Shown: positions 62,923-64,000 of the stretch, piece by piece | Position numbering within the stretch: position 1 is the stretch's first letter | Layout of the letters: every line of letters starts with the position of its first letter | Assembly: GCA_965235115.1 (NCBI GenBank) | Contig: OZ249442.1 | Span: 27,466,001 to 27,530,000, forward strand | DNA: 64,000 nt | Origin: Laetmonice hystrix | Lineage: Eukaryota | Direction of reading: 5' to 3' | Notes under the pieces: model-generated | Told to the model about the DNA's origin: nothing | What the model saw: only the letters and a program-made list of their open reading frames with translations | Databases searched by the model: none | Position numbers and translations under genes: made by a program

Positions 62923-63810
62923 AGGGAGTGGGCGGGGTGAGACTGTTGTGGGCGGGCCCCAGCTCAAAGAGAGGGCGGGTGACAGGTAACCGTGGCCGGC
63001 TCAAATGGTCAACAGACAGGGTCATTCGGCCCACCTCGGGACTGTCCGGGCGGCACAAGTCAGTAGGCTGCCGAATAGTCCGGTGAAAGGACTTCCGTTT
63101 TCGTAACGCTATGGTGTGGGAGTGATACGGTCGTGGGGGATTCTATATTTATATTCTTACCCGTGACGTCACGGCAGTTCACTGACTTGAGCCGTCCAGA
63201 CCACAACTAGCGAAGCGACCGGAAGTTGGGCCGAGGTTTTCCGAATGCAGACAAGGTGTGACCGTGGTTGGTGGTGACCGGCTCGAAAGGGAAACGGGAA
63301 AGGTGTGACCTAGTTAGACTAGTCAACCCCTAGTCAGTTCTCTGCCGACTAGGGTTCGACGGTTTTAACATTTTAAATAAAGATGACCGAATAGTGGAAA
63401 GTGTGCACGACTCTTTCAGGCTAACTTTCCAAAAACTGTTTGTTAGAGCAGGCTACTATTCGGACATAGTTAATTGTTTAAAAGGTGAAACTGCTTAAAA
63501 AAAACTCTACCCTGACGAAGCTGAAAAACAAAAAGAAGAAACCGCCCGTCCACGGGTTTAACTACTCTAAGTTTTACAGTGGTTGGTGGCGGTTGGCTCA
63601 AAGGGGCAGAGGGCGAGGTGTGACCGTTACGGGAAGGTAGGCGGGTCACTCCTCGCCGGGACTGCCCTATTCACACCTATAGCTCCCGGCCTAGGGTGGC
63701 GGCTATGATCTCGACTCGTGAAATTCCTCTAAGGCCGCATTTTTTCACACATCCACTTACAAAGAACATGTCAAAGCCTTTGAAGGGGCAGCCTCCACCG
63801 AGTGGGATGC

Positions 63811-63940
63811 TATATAAGTCAGTTCCCTGGACACAGAAATCAGAACCTTGTCGACCGTCACAGACGTCGGACATCATATCACGGATTGCATTGGACTGCT
63901 GTAAACACGGGACATACGACCAGTTTGGAAGCTTCACTAG
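63811..63940 (+). promoter_or_regulatory. TATA box and probable non-coding exon 1 of gene A copy 9 (coding exons beyond the window)
   Basis: TATATAAG at 63811 and donor CTAG|gtataa after 63940, by homology with the other units. Confidence 0.6.
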
Positions 63941-64000
63941 GTATAATTCAGCTTATAATCAGCACTGCAGGGAGCGTCAAGATCTGTTTAGGTTACGACA

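Larger units (their letters stand above)
1..64000. repeat. Tandem array of a ~7.3-8.1 kb three-gene unit, about 8.6 copies, continuing past both window edges
   Basis: The same ORFs recur at 254, 7545, 15624, 23171, 30462, ~35796, ~43252, ~50714 and ~58178. Spacings are 7291, 8079, 7547, 7291, ~5334, 7456, 7462 and 7464 bp. Copies differ by scattered SNPs and indels. Confidence 0.99.

Overview
Eukaryotic (metazoan-type) genomic DNA. The whole 64 kb is a head-to-tail tandem array of a ~7.3-8.1 kb unit (about 8.6 copies; one unit shortened to ~5.3 kb by a deletion). Most ORFs in the six-frame track are artefacts that run across introns. Reading splice sites shows three genes per unit. (A) A + strand gene with 9 coding exons for a ~662-aa type I membrane protein: signal peptide, 10-Cys box with anosmin-1-like spacing, two FN3-like domains, Thr-rich stalks, one TM helix, and a tail with two PPxY, one NPxY and a C-terminal S-D-L. 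(B) A + strand gene with 3 coding exons, absent from the ORF track, for a 107-aa Ser/Thr-rich, probably GPI-anchored micro-mucin of CD24/CD52-like architecture. (C) A - strand tRNA-Arg(UCG). A (GA)n microsatellite, GC boxes, CRE/ETS motifs and four perfect T-box half-sites lie upstream of the gene A TATA box. The array shows recent turnover: higher-order repeats of ~22.9 kb and ~14.9 kb, three disabled gene A copies, a TA-flanked MITE in gene B of one copy with a TACATGTA excision footprint at the same site in its sister copy, a 1,987-bp deletion that could create an in-frame B::A fusion, and a divergent patch with a 19-bp minisatellite in the last unit. The species cannot be determined and no homology searches were run, so family assignments are pattern-based.
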